Part shown: piece by piece, positions 1 through 13,616 of the stretch
Layout: every line of letters begins with the position of its first letter
Position numbering within the stretch: position 1 is the stretch's first letter
Assembly: GCA_051294905.1 (NCBI GenBank)
Contig: CM119371.1
Location: 39,062,001-39,126,000 of the forward strand
Source: Botryllus schlosseri
Taxonomy: Eukaryota
DNA length: 64,000 nt
Direction: 5' to 3'
The notes under the pieces: generated by a model
The model's input: the letters and a program-made list of their open reading frames with translations, nothing else
What the model was told of the DNA's origin: nothing
Databases searched by the model: none
Position numbers and translations under genes: made by a program

Positions 1-326
1 CTTTTCAAGCTCAACGCCGATCATCGCCCCCCAGATTTTGTGAACCGAAAAATCGGTATACGATCAGTAGTGGTTGACTAAAAAAAAAAAAGGTCAACTT
101 TTCGGATCGTTGTCGAGTTTTACACTTTTGCAACCAAATTTCCGTTGATTGACTAAAAAAAAAAAAAAAGGTCATTTCTCCGAATTGAGTCCAATATAGC
201 CGTTTTAACGCGTCATCGCCCCCCTATCGCCCCCTTCGCTATTTTCGCCCCCCTCGTCATTTTCGTCCCCCTAGGCCGCCAAATCGCCCCCTGGGGGGCG
301 ATATCGCCCACGTTGGGAACCACTGG
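1..326. mobile_element. Buster/Charlie-type hAT MITE (right part), same family as 40172-40621
   Basis: ATCGCCCC motifs and GTTGGGAACCACTG terminus. Confidence 0.8.
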
Positions 327-752
327 TCTAGGCCGTCCTAGTCACGACTCATATGTCTTGGTTCGAATTCAAGTCGAGTCAATTCACAAATTGACTCGAG
401 TCGAGTCATTTTACGCATTTGAAAAAATGACTCGAGTCAAGTGGAGTCATCAAAACATCGTGACTTGAGTCGGACTCGAGTCGAGTCATGATTTCAGTCA
501 TTACAACCCTGGATCGAACTCTGACATTGAGACACAACCCTGGCATATGTTTTTTATAACATAACATGAACAATTGAACATACTCAAATATCGGTATAGT
601 AAGGTTACTTATAACCCGCGGTTGCAATGACCAAACTGTAGCCCTATTAGGGCCGCAATTTTTCAGTGATTCGAATTGACTCAAAGTGAGTCACAATAAA
701 AGTGTAAGATTGACTTGCGAATGGGAATCTTGTGACTTGATTGCAACACTGA
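327..752. mobile_element. Fragments of the GACTC-repeat hAT MITE
   Basis: GACTCGAGTC arrays and CAACCCTG terminus at ~511. Confidence 0.7.
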
Positions 753-864
753 GCTAAAAACTAATCACAAGGTTCCAAGTCTGAATTACATCACCTTGAA
801 ACAAAATTCAATATTGAATATACCATCATCAACAATCAAGTAAATGAAGAGACTCTTTACGGTA

Positions 865-2096
865 CCGTAAACCGGTGTAACTTTGGACAATTTTTCACAA
901 TTTCGCTTTATATCTTGGAAATGCTTGAGTGCAGGAGTGTCAATTTTTTGTGTTTATGGGTTTATGGGGCAAAGATTAGAATTAACAAATCCAAAATCTT
1001 CAAGGTCATAAATAAGTAATACTGTAAATTATCCGTGTCCAAAGTTATGTAGTTAATGTAGTTTTTTGTATGTCTTTACACTCTATTGTTTATGAAACCT
1101 CTTGAATGGGGCTTATTTGGTGAGAGTTGATGAGAGCAGTGGCTAAAAATGAAACAAAACAGTATATGTCTGACCTATTGCATGAATTTTACCTAATCCC
1201 ATCCCCCCACCCCACCCAAAAAAAAAAATAGGTCGTTAGTAAAGGCTAATGCCCCCTTATTCAACCCTTATCTCAATTCCCCCTCATGTCTTCTCCAATT
1301 TAGACTTATAAATAACATATGGTGATAAGGTTATCCCACTGGCGGCGTCAGCAAACATTAAGCTTGTTACCGTGATTTATTGCTCATTTCAAATATTTTA
1401 CTTCTCTATAAAATATCCGCTTTCCCTTTCCTATGTCATCAGATGGATATATTTAGTCGTAATTTATGCCACATTCAGCGGGTGCATCTGTAAGAGCATG
1501 TGATAAGTTTTTGAAGTAGCTTCCACCCGCTTACGATCTCTCGGCTTATTGCCTGTTTTTTCATATTTTGGCAAACTCTCAATTAATTAACCTTCTCATT
1601 CCATTTTAAAAAGCCATCAGGTACGTCATCACGAATAAAGTTGACGATACAGTTTGACACATAGCAGCCACTCTCCAGAGCTCTAAATATCGCATTTTCC
1701 ACTGTCCAAAGATACCCTGACAAAATTTGAGGGGGTAACTTTGGACATCACATTTTCTTATATCGATCTAAGGCTGAGCCCCCTGAGATTTTTGCCACGG
1801 ATTAAGACTACTTATAGGTATGTGCTGCCAAGCTTTGAATCTAGGCCTATGACTCACATGCTATCTATGTTTGATTGTTGATGAAATTGACCCCCACCAT
1901 TAATTTATCAATATTGGGTCAAGTTTATCTGGTAGTGAAATCAATCCACCTTTTATTGAGACTACTTGTGGTACTGTTGCCTCATGCAAAAGAATTGGAC
2001 ATCCAACGGCAACCTATTTCCATCAACCACCATCCACTTGTTTTACTGCTTAGTGTCCGAAGTTACCCTCAAGTCCAAAGTTACCCCGGTTTACGG
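865..2096 (-). mobile_element. pogo/Tc1-mariner superfamily element with decayed DDE transposase
   Basis: TIR CCGTAAACCGG.GTAACTTTGGAC, TA at the left flank; minus-strand relics YFKNL...INYD*, KRIFYREVKY, SLMFA..ASG..LSPYVIYK (~1300-1530). Confidence 0.8.
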
Positions 2097-2420
2097 TTCA
2101 GAACCCCAATATACAATTGAATAATAATAGTCATATCATTAAAAACCAAGTGCGGTAGCCTATTAAGTAAAATATATGTAAACATAGATCTATTTCATTG
2201 CATCTATTGCAGTATTACATTTATTAAACTCAAAGACTTTTCGAGTGCCTCTTTTCAAGAGTTCTTGGCACACTGAGAGTATTTAAACAAATTCAAACAA
2301 GTAAACCGTTAATCATAGTATAGTAAATGTATCTGCAATGGATGTTATGATGAAAACTAGGCTATCTTCAAGTTTTGTACCAAAATCCAGCTATTCAAAC
2401 ACATGTAAACGTAAACTCAC

Positions 2421-2582
2421 TGTAGTTTCGTACATGACAAAATAACAATGATTGTCAGCAGGCTCCCGCAAAATCCAATCACGAGGAAAGACAGCAGGAA
2501 GACCGCGCACCACGTCACAGTTACATCATCAAAAGGAAGCCGAAAAGGCGCCGCGGTGCCATTTGTGATATTAAGTATCGCA
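2421..2582 (-). CDS. Tandem paralog GPCR (gene 1) exon 2 (TM1); no further exons found, gene presumably continues left of the window
   Basis: PFRLPFDDVTVTWCAVFLLSFLVIGFCGSLLTIIVILSCTKL aligns ungapped to gene 2 exon 2; CAG / GTGAG sites. Confidence 0.9.
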
Positions 2583-3056
2583 CTGGAAAATAAAAAATCA
2601 CTTAAACATTATTCTCATATAAATTAAGACCTAATTATGGCTTTTGGCTAAGCTGGGACATTCGAATATAACATCCTAACAGCCAAGTACATGATATGTA
2701 TGTAGGCTACCAAAATATAAAGCACGAACTTAGAAAAGAAATCATCAAGAAATATTAATAAAAATCAAATATAGAGTGCAGTGTACACAAATTGAATTAT
2801 ATCCTAAATCGAGGCGTCAAATTATAAGATCCCACAGTAATGATATATCGTTGGAGGCAGAAAAGTACATTCTACTTGAACCCAAGTAAGTAGGCTACTC
2901 AAAGCTCCTCTTACTTCTCCTCAATGCAGTCAGGTTAACTGCATCCAACTTGAAATGCAAAAATGACACAAATGAAGATTTCTGATGACACTATAGCAGA
3001 TAGCTACAGGGATGTCAATCCTTCAGGGGGTGAAAGCTGAGAAAGTAATACCATAC

Positions 3057-3094
3057 CTAGTCACAGATGTTCCCGGCGAAAACGTTGTTGTCAT
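3057..3094 (-). CDS. Tandem paralog GPCR (gene 1) exon 1, MTTTFSPGTSVT(S)
   Basis: ATG with upstream in-frame stop, GTATGG donor, 38 nt, phase 2; MxTTF shared with gene 2. Confidence 0.75.
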
Positions 3095-4466
3095 GATGGA
3101 TTTCAGAAGCTATATGCTGGTGTGAAGACTGGTACATATCTAATATTCTGTAAATCATAAATATACAAAGCAATAGGGCTACCGATAGCGGCGATAGGTT
3201 CAGCACCAGTAGGCCTAGTAAATTTCCAATTGTGATTGTACAAAATTGAGTGAACTGTAGATAATACCTTTAGCATGTCGAATGCTGCGGAGATTGAAGC
3301 ATTAATGTTTTGATTTCCCAGATATAGTAGGCCTATAGGCTACCCGTCTTCTCGGAAGATTCTTCTGCAAAATATTCGGAGTGAAATCTTTTGGTTGAAG
3401 CGAATGCGAAATGGTGGGCGATTCGGGTATCAAGTGCAAGGAATAGCTACACTGTTCCGCTTGTTTCAAATGAGGCGAATGTAATGTATCTCGATAGTAC
3501 TCTGTCTGAGACTTACCTATTTTGACATAGTCCGCAAACTTTTTGGCTTCAGGTCATAGCAGTTGAAATCTCTCATCTGTAAGGGCACTGTGACGTCATT
3601 GAAAAGCTTGTTTACCATATGGCTCATGAAAACGCAGTCAGTCGAAAAGCATCAAATGGAATATATTTGTTGAAATAAATATACTGTTAGTTGCTATATT
3701 CGAGGTTGGTGCTTCTTGGTGCCTATTTGAAACGAAAAATGCAAATAAAAATGAAAATTTGAACCCGCGATTTAAGCCACTAACGAAATACCGAAGAAGT
3801 AATTTCATGCACAGGTAACAGGTATCTGATTCTCTATTTCCAGATATCAAAATATCATATGAAGTCGGGATGATTTGGACAAATCGTTATCACAATCAGC
3901 GCTTTTATGTAAAATGTAACACACAAGACAGAATACAATCTAATTAACATACGGGCGGAAGTGAAAGGGACCAAATTTGACCTTTATATATCAATCTAAA
4001 CCAGTAAACATGGACCTGACCTAATTTCCGGTGTGGAAGTGTTCGATCTTGATCATTTCGTATTCTTACTTGTTAGCCCTTTCCAGGTTGTCTTTACATT
4101 CCATTTCTTGTATTCGTCCTTCGTCGGGGACCCTTTCTCCAAATAATTTTGTGAAGAGACCGTAGGAACGAACAGCAACAGCATCATAATTACGCAATAC
4201 CGCCTTAATGTGGATACAAGAGCGGATCTTTCGGGAGTCGGACAGGAAAAATTACCTTCTTTTTAGTCAACACATCAGTATATTCATAAAAGTGAGTCAT
4301 GCGCGATTGCATGGGAAAATGAGGTGTTTTTTTTGGCAACACGTGGTACATGGAGCCGATGGAGGTTACACTCGAAGGGGAACCGATCACGCATTCAAAA
4401 TTAGCAATCTGAATCTTCATAGAATCTGTCGCACTGAATACCTCTCATCATTCATTGATCACAAAC

Positions 4467-5373
4467 CAGGACCGTAACTGCCGCACCCTAAACCCCCAAT
4501 TGGCGGGGGATCTCGAAGGGGCCCAAAATTATTACGTGAATTAGCATAAATTATAAATTATTTTTTGAAAATTTATGCAGCTTCTTCAAATTTTTTTCGC
4601 GCTAGGCGCGATTTCAAGCTGGCAAATATCTTGATTATTGGGTACTCTTCACCAAAGAAAAAATACGCCAGATTTATAGAAATAGGCATATCGGCGTTGG
4701 CCATTACCGCGTCACGACGCATCAAAATAAGATATAAACTTTTAGGCCGTGTAACATATGCGACTCCAAGAAGTGTGCCAGAACGATCGGCCGCGAGAAA
4801 AGCTTGACTGAAAAGACTGCGCTTATGCTGATACATATTTCATATAGCAGATTGGAGGTCACGAAATAACATCATGTAACGAAGTCATACCAACTGGTCC
4901 GCCCGCCCGAAGATGTTTAATTATTATTTACGGGCCCTACAGTTTCCAAGACACCTCACTCAGCTCTACCGGTAAATCTGATTACGCGAGCAGAGAGGAC
5001 AAGAAATTGAAAGCAATATATCAGCAATTATCAATCTTATTGACCAATTTTATTATGAATTATTGAAAATTTTCGCACTTCGTGCGTGCTCACAAAGTAG
5101 TACGACAACTAGTTTCGTGGTAAAAGCGAACAACGCGATGGGGGGAAGGGGTCGGTTTATCACCCAAGGTCCCAGGCCCAAGTTTTTTAGGGCCTGACGA
5201 TCGAAGTGCTGTTTCGTTTCTGCCAATATATATACATTACAAGGAGCGATAAACAGCGTTTAGCCTGGGGGTCTGGGAGGCGAAGCCCCCCCAAGAAGTC
5301 CAGTTTACCACCTTATGGGGAGCCCGAGACAAACGTTTTTGGGGGGGGCTGACGATGTGCTTTTACGGCCCTT
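4467..5373. mobile_element. hAT MITE (CAGGACCGTAA family)
   Basis: TIR, TSD tcacaaac/tcaccaac; homologs at 17530-18353 and 29416-30332. Confidence 0.8.
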
Positions 5374-7385
5374 TCACCAACAAGCCAAATTTCTTGCACA
5401 CATAATTCGAAAACCTTATGACAGTGTCGTGAAGTCAACAACGTTTGAAGATAAAAGGAGAACGAGAAAAGGAAGACTCTCCGCAACGCTGATGAACAAT
5501 CCTCAATCGGAACGACGCCGACATCAGGGCATTCTCGAAAGCAGCACTTTCACGGAAAATTTAATTTATAATTCAAATCTTTGATGCCCTCTTTTTTGAT
5601 GGATACTTCCATCACCTTGGTGATGGTGCTCCAAGTCTGAACGCAGACAGAGTTAGACCAATATATATATGGCACAAGAGGATTCTCCGTGAAATTATTT
5701 ATATCACTAATGCTCTAGTCCGGAAATTAACTTATGATCTGTCAAAAGTGTCGTCCTTGCCGGGTCCCAAAATATGGTAACCCTAAGAAAATGCTCGACG
5801 ATGTAAAATACGAAGATGTATTGGGACGTATTTTACGTCACCGCTATATTGATACGACGCATAATAGTGCGTGGATATTTTACTACTTTCTTTTTAGGGT
5901 GCTGGGCATGGGCAGTGCCCAAACCATATTTATATTTCCGGAATCGGTGCTAAGGTAGTTTTCGATTGAGCCCACTTCATTTATATCCTATTTTGTGTTC
6001 TGGTGTTTCTGATTTGAATAATAACCATTAATAAATATTTACCGACTGACAAACTATAAATTGGACGACTCTTTTTCTACTGAACTGTGCAAGATATGAA
6101 TTTCAACAGTCCTTTCTCATTGAGTCCAGTTGTAAACATGACATCCCATTCATGACTTATAACCTCTTGGTCCAGCAAGAGCTATTAACTCCTGTCGCTG
6201 AATTCGTGATATCATCTCGTAGACTCCTTTAATTTTTGATCCGAATATAGCCGAGGATGAATTACATTTCAAAATACCTTATACCAGAAGGTAATTACAG
6301 ACAGTGGCGCACCAGACCCGGGAGATAATAATAAGCGTGACTAGCACATTTTACCATACTAATAATGATAATATTACAGTGTAATATTAATTCGAGGTCA
6401 AACAAAGATCCTGCGATTCCTGGTGATTAAAATACAATAACTTATCGCACGTCCTAAGCGCCGAAGTATCATATGATAAGGACGAATTACTTGAAAAATA
6501 ATTGATATATCGAGCATGCTGCCGACCTCAATTGCGGAACAGTATCTCAATGGCTATCGACCATCTAGTCGAGCATGACCGCCATTCAACTCGAAATACA
6601 GGCTGTCAAAGCTCGAGATTACTAGAAATCGACCTCGCCTATTGACACATGTGTCATTCGATTTCACGGCTAGTACTTTTATGTCATCCTTCATAATTTT
6701 TCATCCACGGTGCCTGCCTCTTATTTACATGCTCGAAAGTCTAAAGCCAATGTGGATATATTATTTAAAGACTATCTACTCCAAGTCGTTTCGACACCCG
6801 CCTATCTTTTCATTATATCGCAAACTTGTGGTGTTTTGATGTAATAAAAAAATTCCAATAAATAAATAGCCGATTGATTGTTGAACAAACATAAATGTTA
6901 CAAAATATTTCAAAAAAATTTTTTGTTCATCTCCCTGGTTCTTTCTCCAGCGACATTAGATATATCACTTTTTAGGCCTGATAGGCGAGTAAGGACACCG
7001 AAAAAATGAGTCCCGTGCACAATATGTAAAGATTTTCAAATTAGAAAAAGTCTCTATATACATGTTATGAAATATTTACAGTCCAAAACATATCTTTCAA
7101 GAATTACAGTTTTTGCGTGCCGCAAAATATGACTTCGTGAACCGCGTGTTGGTGACCCCTGCCTTATTATCTAGCATCAGCATATTACAGTTCTCTGTAT
7201 CCCCACTACCATCTTGTGACGTCGCAAAACTGCCGACAGATTTTTACCTCCAATGTCCGATACCAATATTTCTTTCAAAGTGTGATATCGACTCGATATT
7301 ATCGGCAGACCGTGATTCCGCCCGGCTCTACTCATTTCCACCTGTCCTGATCAATTCAATCCAAAACTTCGGCGTGCCAGATTCT

Positions 7386-7931
7386 CTATTTTTCCGTGTA
7401 ATAACTTAGCGACTTTACGTGAAGTATCAAAAATAATTCGTCATATCGTAAATGATTTCCAAATATTTGAGCATGCCACACAAATAATATCAACAGTCTA
7501 ACATGTGCCAAAAAAACTAATCTCAGCATTAACGCAACCAAATCTCTCGATAACGCAACCCATATGTGACGCGTGCCATTGTGTTGCATGCTCATTTACA
7601 CACACACGGACCGTTAGATTTGCAGAATAAAAATCCGCAGAGAAGAAATAGTGGGCAATAAGCATCAATAATAAATAAAAATTGACTATAACAATTGCCA
7701 ATATACATGGTGTGGTTCAAGACGATTATGCAAGCTTTCCGCAACATACCAAAATGTTTCAATGTAATGTCGTAATGCATAAATGAGACGACAATAGGAG
7801 AGAGCATTGTGGACATCCAATTGAGACCAATAATGTTCCATGCCTTTCACTGTTGCTATTATTCCAAAGAACACTAAGCAATAAATTTGAAAGTTGTAGA
7901 GGACATGCGCATTAATGAATTTGCTAGTCAA
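7386..7931 (-). pseudogene. XK-related C-terminal relic (frameshifted hydrophobic ORFs)
   Basis: FQIYCLVFFGII..GMEHY, FWYVAESLHNR, LLLMLIAHYFF, LLILFVWH occur in XK order. Confidence 0.4.
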
Positions 7932-8994
7932 ACCTTTAAATTCGGCAGTATCGTTAACATATTTTGGAATCAGGAAAGAAGGACGCTTGTATCAAATCAC
8001 AAACGTTAGTTTACTGAAATTTAAAACAGCTGATTTAGGAATATGTACTGAAAATCCTTTTGTGCTGCCTTAGTTCATCAAACTGACTCGACTTCCGAAC
8101 ATCCCGCACAAACGTCCGCATCACCTATTACCCGTAATTTATGCCGACTTTCAATTGACCCTGTCCATTAGCCTAGTTGCAAAAGAGGATGAATTTACAA
8201 AAAAAAGGAGGACATTTAAGCGTCCTCGGAGGACATTTTTGCTTTCCTGAAAAAGGACAATTCCCCCTATAGGAGGACATACGGTAACCCTATTCAATAG
8301 ATGTGGTAGTTTAGATAGAGGTAGTTTCGCTAAGGTGCTATAGTCAAGCTAGTATTGCATACTTGAAACACCCTCATCACCTCTATAGGCCTACTTGAAC
8401 AATGCATATATGCAAAATCACTTGACTTTGTTCATTTTATATTAGAAAAAGTAGCCAGTGGTTTTAAGATAAGTTTGCATCACTTCCACGAGTGAAATTG
8501 TCATAGGAACCGTGTTAAACTGTTCCCGTATCAAGGTAACTGAAGGTATTACGGAAGATTGCACCCTTATTGCAGTGCCATTAGTCATTTTGCGTTAGTC
8601 ACCAAGATACGTCTTGCAATTTAGAAGGTATCAGACCCCGAATAACTGCTCAAATTGTTACTGAATCCCGGACTCGACTTTTCCAAACTACATACATGAG
8701 AGGTCTTCAGACTTGAAGTAGTTTTGACACATCTCAGAAATTGTTACTTATACTTGTAAGAGAGTATACATTTACTTATTTACTTCTATTCTACATGAGT
8801 AGCAACTCTGACCCTTTGACCGACTCTGGTTACACGGGAACCGTGGACTGGACATACATTTTTCAGTTAGTCAGTCGGCACGTGCGACGTGATTCACGCT
8901 TGTCCAACGCAGATCGATAGCAACTGATACAGTGCCCGAAGTAATTGGGATATATTAGCCCACAAACAAAGGCTAGGATTTAGAATACATCGTA

Positions 8995-9118
8995 TCACAG
9001 TTGTAATCCTGTGTGGGACATCACCGACGAGTTATCGGCCCGACTCAGTACTTTGGCGGGGAAACAACACTTGCACAATTTTCTCTTCAAGAAAAGCACC
9101 GTCTCGCTTCTCATCTTT
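8995..9118 (-). CDS. GPCR gene 2 exon 8 (helix 8 KMRSETVLFLKRKLCKCCF..., stop)
   Basis: Strong pyrimidine tract + CAG; Cys cluster after helix 8; TGA at 8997-8995; spliced CDS 1122 nt = 373 aa + stop. Confidence 0.88.
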
Positions 9119-9604
9119 CTGAAAAGGAAAGACAACGGATTAATGACTTTTTTTCAAAGACTAAAGCTTACAAGAAATGTCAGGCTACTTCAGAACACGA
9201 GATTACGTCACCGCAACAGATATCATTGATGTTGCTTGTGGTAGCCTATTCGTGGTGGCAAAGGTCATTCACACCAGCTCGATATACTTATTTATGATAC
9301 CGCATCTTCCGACTAGCAGCTCGGTCTACTTCCAGGCAATTAATACACCGCATACGTGGATCAGATGACGAGAAGCCTAGTTAACCTCCAATACTTGGGA
9401 TTGGATTCCGGAGTCGACCTCGGTCTGATATCAATGATAATAGCAATGTAACTATCAATTGAGGGAGACGATTAATGGAAACATGGAACTATTGAGTAAG
9501 TTGTGTCGTTACAAATATACATATATATGAATTTGTCGAGAGGAATGGCATCAAGTTCTATTTGCAAGCCACGAGCACGGTAGCAGTTGCTATAGCCAAC
9601 TTAC

Positions 9605-9743
9605 GCCGAAGCTAGATTGTAGAATATCGGATTCAAGCACTCCGAAAATCGCATGAAGATGTATTGAACCGTTCCGAACATCCATTCCGTCTGCCAGGTT
9701 TGAAACGACTCATCGGTGTTGCCCACAGTCCAAAATTCGAAAA
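9605..9743 (-). CDS. GPCR gene 2 exon 7 (ECL3, TM7 SECLNPIFY)
   Basis: NPxxY motif; CAG / GTAAGT sites. Confidence 0.93.
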
Positions 9744-10017
9744 CTGAAGCAAATTTCACGGCTCAGTGGTCGGCCAAAGTATTATAAAGTGTTATATGAG
9801 GGATATCGCATATTTTCACGGCCCTGTCAATCGTTACTGTGACCATCCGGCTAAAAACATGAAGTCTTATAATCGGTGGTCTGAAGCGAACATTTAACTA
9901 AGTAGGCTACTTCTTTTATTTTTTGACGGCCTACCCAAGTATGTTTCGCTTACTTGCACTACTGACTTAAATGTTTGTGTATTTTTCTCACTTCAAATTT
10001 TACCTGACAGTGTTTAG

Positions 10018-10557
10018 CAGGGTTGTAATGACTCGAGTCATGACTCGAGTCACGATTTTTTATTGACTCGACTTGACTCCAGTCATTCTCTCAAAATATG
10101 GAAATGACTCGACTCGATTCAACCTCTGTATTGACTCGACTTGGACTCGAGTCATTGCGCATGACTCGAACCAAGTCACATGACTCGAAACTGAGACGGC
10201 CAAGACCGACATTTCATTGTAATTTCGAAGAATAGTAAAGTACTTGAAAATGAAAGCAGAAACTGCTAAAACTGAGCAAAATTAGTATGTTATAAATGAG
10301 AACCATTCGATATCACCAAACAGAGTTATAAAAAGTTGGTTTAACAATACTTTAACTGGAAACTGAGCAGGCAACACAATGACTTGGACTCGGACTCGAG
10401 TCATAATACTATGACTCGGACTCGACCCTCTGCTCGATGACTTGGACTCGGACTTGACTCGGTGATGAATTGAAAATGACTCGACTTGACTCGAGTCAAA
10501 ACTATCAAAGTGAGATTGACTTGTGACTCGGAGCCTTGTGACTGGGTTGCAACCCTA
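10018..10557. mobile_element. GACTC-repeat hAT MITE in GPCR intron 6
   Basis: CAGGGTTG...CAACCCTA, perfect TSD gtgtttag. Confidence 0.9.
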
Positions 10558-10990
10558 GTGTTTAGGCAAAAATGATTAGCACTACCGAAATACTAGTGTT
10601 TACCAATTTAATATTGAAAAGTGAAAAGCAGTTTTTGGAATTACTTCACAACGCATCGCTGCAAAGTTGAGAGAATTCAAAGGTTCCATCGGTGTTATTC
10701 GAAGCAAATTTTCCCGATTTGATCCTTTTCCTTTTGCGGGCTTGGGTGAATCGAGTATTGAGTACATTTTTTATCAACATCTGTCGATTATTCACTGAAC
10801 TTGGCAAGAAATCAGTTTGGTAATTGAATAAAATTGACTGAACAATTTCGGCCCCTTCATACATTTTCGCTCCCGCTCTCTCAAAATATCAATATCGCCT
10901 ATTTTGGGAGCCACTGGTCTATGCTTTCATCGAAAGGTCTCAACACTCACTTATCGCGCATCAACACAGCGATAAAACGCTGGTACGTAC

Positions 10991-11247
10991 TTGTAAACGG
11001 AATGTATCCGATCATGAACGATCCCACGATAAGCATAAGTTGGAGAATTGCCTGTCTCTCCTTTTTGACTTCCTTTTCCTGTTTGCAGGCGTCGCTGACC
11101 ACTGACATCGTGCGCTTCTTCGTCTTCTCCATTCTGTTGCCTAGCAGCAAGCTCGTGATCGCGATCGACATGAAGAGTATCCCGACGCAGGGCGCGTACA
11201 AGAAGAAAGGGTAGGCGATGTGGATCATTTGCTTGTAGATATGGATT
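10991..11247 (-). CDS. GPCR gene 2 exon 6 (TM5, ICL3, TM6 FMIGYIPF)
   Basis: Overlaps track ORF 10947..11228; TAG / GTACGT sites; phases 2 and 1 join both neighbours. Confidence 0.92.
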
Positions 11248-12191
11248 CTAGACCAGCAAACACATCCCGATTATGTCTTTTCGGGTAATCCCTGGGGGTT
11301 TTTGAAACATCACTACGGTACTATTGCTTATATAAAATACGCAAAATCTTTGAAGAGACTCTTGGAGGCAGGCCTATAATAACTTCAGTATACAATTAAA
11401 TAAGATATTCATATTGAAATAAACCCGAAAACATTAATATACATAGAATGACATGCACACAATGTTTCGGAGATATCCCGATTATGACTATTCGGGAAAT
11501 CCAGTGATATGTTAATGCGTTACAAGTCATTAGCTACTTTCAATAACTGAAAATGGATTCTTCAGTAGAACAGAACGAATTAACCGCGACATGCATGTCC
11601 ACGCAACTCAACTCCATTAAAAAGTAGACGGAAAGAGCTATTTTAAAGCGAATCAATGAATCTTGAGCCGTTAACGATAAAGCAATTCGTCCAAAGTTGT
11701 TCAAGTATAGACTCACACCGCAAATGGATATGTATATTGGATTATCCGGATCAGTGTGTAGACGTCGGCACTCTCGCATGTCGATTTTTATTTCGTCGCA
11801 AGACCGACAAGTGTAATCTGCCTGTCATCTCATAATTAATGATCGAAAATGCGTGTAATTCGATGATACATTAGGGCATTACATTCCAATCTTACAAAGT
11901 AGGCAGCGACTGGTAATGGTAGTATAGGGAATGAGAGTCTGCGACTGCCAGACGAAGATTACCGAAATATTTCTTAGGGCGTACAATGTCGGCCTAGTAC
12001 TTGAGATAGGGCCTACGCCTTAAAGCCAGATTCATAACTTTTGAATATTCGCTAGGTATATCGGTGTTATCGGTGAAGGGACTAGTAATCGGTTTTAGAG
12101 GTATCGACACTACAATTGAATGTCAGCTGAACGCTGTCCAACCCTCAATACAGACCACTCCATGTCGGGACCATATAGCAAAGACACTTAC

Positions 12192-12334
12192 GTCTCGAAT
12201 TTTTGCGTACACGCAGGCCATCGCGCCGTTGCACTCGACAAATCGCTCCTATCGGGCGTAGACGCGCCGCTGATATATGCGAACGGAATAAATCCGCACG
12301 TAAAGCCGATTACCCACATCACCAGGATCCATAT
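12192..12334 (-). CDS. GPCR gene 2 exon 5 (TM4 + ECL2 Cys)
   Basis: IWILVMWVIGF...IPF...WPACT; CAG / GTAAGT sites. Confidence 0.9.
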
Positions 12335-12971
12335 CTGTAGAATTAGACAATTGGAAGCTTAGTGCACAGGCCGGACACACCCAGTGCTGCTTATGCGAAT
12401 ATAAAAGAATTGGAAATGTGATGAAATCATTGACTCATTTTCAGAACCGTAACTGCCTCTCTACACCAACCTCCTAATTAGGTGGGGTCAAGCTTGAAAG
12501 GGCGCCATAATCTTTCGCAAATCAACATAAAGTAGAATGTTTTGAGACATATTTGTTTAACTTGGAATTCTGGTTTCGTTAGATTTCTTGGTTTTATTAT
12601 GGTACCTCCCTCCTACAAGACCATTAATAATAGAATACGCATACGGTAATTTATAGGAATGAGTCTAACTGTATGCGCAATGATGTGTCCTACATTTTCA
12701 CATTCAGCAACACGTCCATCGGTAATTCTGATCAAGTGGGCTGAGAGAGGACAGGAAATCGGCAGTAACATGTGTTCCGACACCAAGTATAAATAATACT
12801 TACAATATTCACCGATTAACTGTGAAAAATATTCTAATATAAAGGAAATGCATAAGCCCTTAAAAATAAATAGATAAGTCGTGCGATACCTATTCGCGAA
12901 ACATGTAATAACGGACTTGGTTCGCTACGCAAGGTGTGTGACACACTGTGTGCGTGCTTGTGAATCGTTGG

Positions 12972-13616
12972 TAGGGCTGCATTTAAAACAAACTTGTTTA
13001 AAGCAAGGCCTATGTTTAAAACAAGTTTTTATTGTTTGTTTTTTTGTTTTGTTTTTAACGCCATGACGCCGCACATATTCAATTGTGACGTCATAGTGAA
13101 CAGACATTGACAATTGAAAATATAGGGTAAATATAGCTCCTTTGACGTCATATCTACGTACTATAGCTGTTGAACCGGCTATTTAGAAGGTTCCAATCAT
13201 CCCATATCATATACGTCAGCTATATCGGGTGGTAATCGTCCGTAGGCTCATAGAACATGTTTTAGGGCAGTATTTACACAATTGTGGCATGATTAAACAA
13301 CATGAAAAAAATTGTTTTTTAAAGAAGGCCTGTTTAAAACACTGTTTAAAACATGATTTTAACAGAGCGTTCTAAACAACCATTTGTTTTAATGCAACCC
13401 TGCCCGCAGCATTGTCATACAAGAACTATGAAGTAGCTATGATGGATAAACAAGGCTCATACAACACCTTTTTTGGAAAGTACATTTACAGAGTTATGGC
13501 ATAATCTTGCAACATAACAAAACACAATTTTTTTAAAGGCCTTTGTTTAAAACGCTGTTTAAAACATATTTTAGACAAAGTATTTTAAACAACCATTTTT
13601 TTTAAATGCAACCCTA
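12972..13616. mobile_element. TTTAAAAC-repeat hAT MITE with duplicated right end
   Basis: TAGGG(C/T)TGCA...TGCAACCCTA; homologs at 39135-39853, ~41690-42065, 46598-47035. Confidence 0.8.

Noticed and set aside
6130..6290. Possible final GPCR exon (ILKCNSSS...)
   Set aside because: The exon at 8995-9118 has the right phase, a strong acceptor and helix-8 features
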